Assembly (NCBI GenBank): GCA_040437565.1
Contig: JBDOQK010000002.1
Span: forward strand, 124,001-188,000
Origin: Albugo candida
Lineage: Eukaryota
Reading direction: 5' to 3'
Length of the DNA: 64,000 bases
Part shown: positions 62,106-64,000 of the stretch, one piece after another
Numbering within the stretch: the first letter of the stretch is position 1
How the letters are laid out: each line of letters starts with the position of its first letter
Position numbers and translations under genes: made by a program
The notes under the pieces: model-generated
The model's input: only the letters and a program-made list of their open reading frames with translations
Databases searched by the model: none
What the model was told of the DNA's origin: nothing

Positions 62106-64000
62106 ATGGAAACCAATAATGAAAATGTCAAAGTTTTCTGCCGAATCCGTCCGCCTGTGGAACATGAAAAATGCAAATCTGGGAGCTCCTCGATATTCTC
62201 AATTTCTAGTCCATTCTCGTCTCGAAAGTGTATTTCTGTACCGAAAACTCACGGCGCCAGTAAAACGATAAATGTTCATTTGAAATCGACTCCACAGACT
62301 CCAAAAAGCTTTACCTTTGATCGCGTTTTCGACGAAGAATCCTCACAGGACGATGTGTTCCAAATAGTGGGCGTCCCTCTCACAAGAGCGTGTTTGGCGG
62401 GATACAATGGAACGATCTTTGCGTATGGACAAACGGGTTCCGGGAAGACTTTCACAATGCAAGGACCAGAGAATTCATTATGGATGGAAAGCCACTCAGG
62501 ATCGGTGGTAAAGAGCTCTTCTTTACGTGGTGTGGTGCCGCGTGTGTTTGAGTATTTGTTTGATGAGAAATCACTTTTGGATTCCACAAAATCAGAACAG
62601 CCAAATGAAACAATCGAAATGGATTCATTTACAGAGAGAATAGAACACAAATTTACGTGTTCCTTCTTGGAAATTTATAATGAGAGAGTATTTGATCTGT
62701 TGGATCCGCGTGGAAATTCAGGAGCATCGAATGATTTTGGTGGATTACAGCTGCGGGAGAACGGTCGAAGAGGGGTTTTTGTAGAAGGATTGATAGAAAG
62801 TGTGGTTGAAAATGCCCAGCAAGCCACCGCATTGATGAAGCTGGGTGCACGAAATCGTCATGTGGGTCAGACTCTGATGAATCGAGAGAGCTCCCGCTCA
62901 CACAGCGTATTTATACTCCAAATACAAACAAAACAAATCAAAAGGGATGGTATCACTCGTATGAGAACATCTCGGTTCAATTTGGTCGACTTGGCAGGCT
63001 CAGAACGACAAAGAAGCACGGAAGCGTCCGGAGATCGACTGAAAGAAGCTGGAAGTATCAATAAGTCTCTTTCAGCACTCGGAAACGTCATTATGGGTCT
63101 GGTCGATAAATCAGCTGGCAAAAATCGTCATGTTCATTACCGTGACTCGAAGTTGACATTTTTGCTGAAAGACTCGCTTGGCGGCAACTCCAAGACTTTC
63201 ATGGTTGCGACTGTTTCTCCTTCTAGTGAATCTGCCCACGAGACATTATCCACACTGAAATTCGCACAACGAGCCAAGTCGATCCGAAACGAAGCCGTAA
63301 TCAATGAAGCAACAACGGGGAATGTTACTGTATTACAGCAAGAAATTCAGCGGTTAAAATTGCAATTGCAGTCACATCAAGGACGTGGGAATGAGATGTG
63401 TCGCGAAGTCGAGAAATCGGAGATGCACGCTCCGTCCATGCAGTCCAGCCTGGCATTGAAAGCTCCGGATGACCACTCTGCTATCGACGCCTCATCCAAC
63501 ACAAGACTTTGTGAGCTGGAGTGTACCTTGGCACAGCTCAGCGATCAGTACATCGATCTTCAAAAAGCTCACGAGCGATTAAAGGAAGGGAAAGCCCGCA
63601 CGGAGAACCTGATGACGAGTATGGAGCAGAAAATATCACATCAGAGATTTCTTCTTCGACTTTTGCAACATTCAGGCAACGACAAAGAGAAATCACCACA
63701 AGGATCCAACGTTCGAGACTCTATCGACGCAGAACTGAATTATACTCCAACAGTAGATGCAGTCCAGTGGCGCAACAAGTATGAAGAACTCGAAGAAGCG
63801 TACGTGCAATTGTTGGAGCAGAGTGACGACCAGCATATAGTGGATGGTACGCTTGGCGGATCCTACAACCATAGGGAGCTCATCGATGAATTCGAGAAAC
63901 TCAGCAAGATGTATGTGTCACTTTCGTGTCAGCTATCCCGCATCATCAGCGACAAACAAGAGCTCCAAAATGTACTGCGTGGTATGCGAAAAACGGAGGA
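62106..64000 (+). CDS. KIF15: Kinesin-12 (KIF15-like) motor; runs off the window end, hence absent from the ORF track
   Basis: NVKVFCRIRP, FTFDRVF, AYGQTGSGKT (P-loop), NRESSRSHSVF, LVDLAGSERQ, HVHYRDSKLTFLLKDSLGGNSKT, neck INEATTGNVTVLQQEIQRLK. Confidence 0.9.
   Translation, partial: METNNENVKVFCRIRPPVEHEKCKSGSSSIFSISSPFSSRKCISVPKTHGASKTINVHLKSTPQTPKSFTFDRVFDEESSQDDVFQIVGVPLTRACLAGYNGTIFAYGQTGSGKTFTMQGPENSLWMESHSGSVVKSSSLRGVVPRVFEYLFDEKSLLDSTKSEQPNETIEMDSFTERIEHKFTCSFLEIYNERVFDLLDPRGNSGASNDFGGLQLRENGRRGVFVEGLIESVVENAQQATALMKLGARNRHVGQTLMNRESSRSHSVFILQIQTKQIKRDGITRMRTSRFNLVDLAGSERQRSTEASGDRLKEAGSINKSLSALGNVIMGLVDKSAGKNRHVHYRDSKLTFLLKDSLGGNSKTFMVATVSPSSESAHETLSTLKFAQRAKSIRNEAVINEATTGNVTVLQQEIQRLKLQLQSHQGRGNEMCREVEKSEMHAPSMQSSLALKAPDDHSAIDASSNTRLCELECTLAQLSDQYIDLQKAHERLKEGKARTENLMTSMEQKISHQRFLLRLLQHSGNDKEKSPQGSNVRDSIDAELNYTPTVDAVQWRNKYEELEEAYVQLLEQSDDQHIVDGTLGGSYNHRELIDEFEKLSKMYVSLSCQLSRIISDKQELQNVLRGMRKTE

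Noticed and set aside
1-64000. CRISPR arrays, rRNA or tRNA genes, prokaryotic or viral defence systems
   Set aside because: None seen; the sequence is intron-containing eukaryotic DNA and all RT domains belong to ordinary LINE or LTR elements.

Overview
Eukaryotic draft-scaffold window with ten 100-N gaps. It is most consistent with an oomycete, probably Albugo-like: ~50-60 nt GT-AG introns, a Crinkler-type kinase relic, a flagellar docking-complex gene and CHxC/CCG-like motif remnants. The taxon is inferred, not proven. About 1-47 kb is repeat-rich and gene-sparse: an RTE-like LINE inserted in a CRN-like kinase pseudogene (13-bp TSD), a Tx1/L1-like LINE split by a nested copia element, a second copia element whose 5' LTR carries a Mutator-like MITE, a chromodomain-bearing gypsy element, an intron-retaining ECI1 pseudogene and one intact SAM-domain gene. 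About 47-64 kb is gene-dense: ODA-DC/CCDC114-like, UFD2, an ET-PHD-ePHD-Tudor-like protein, a GT-A glycosyltransferase, mL43, NUXM, a TruA/Pus1 synthase and kinesin-12. The main observation is that most of the apparent intergenic junk is up to nine decayed paralogues of one family of highly divergent Hsp70-fold proteins. Several have signal-peptide-like N-termini and CHxC/CCG-like remnants, suggesting a birth-and-death cluster of secreted Hsp70-derived effector-like genes. All homology calls were made by eye against remembered family consensus sequences and need HMM or structure confirmation.
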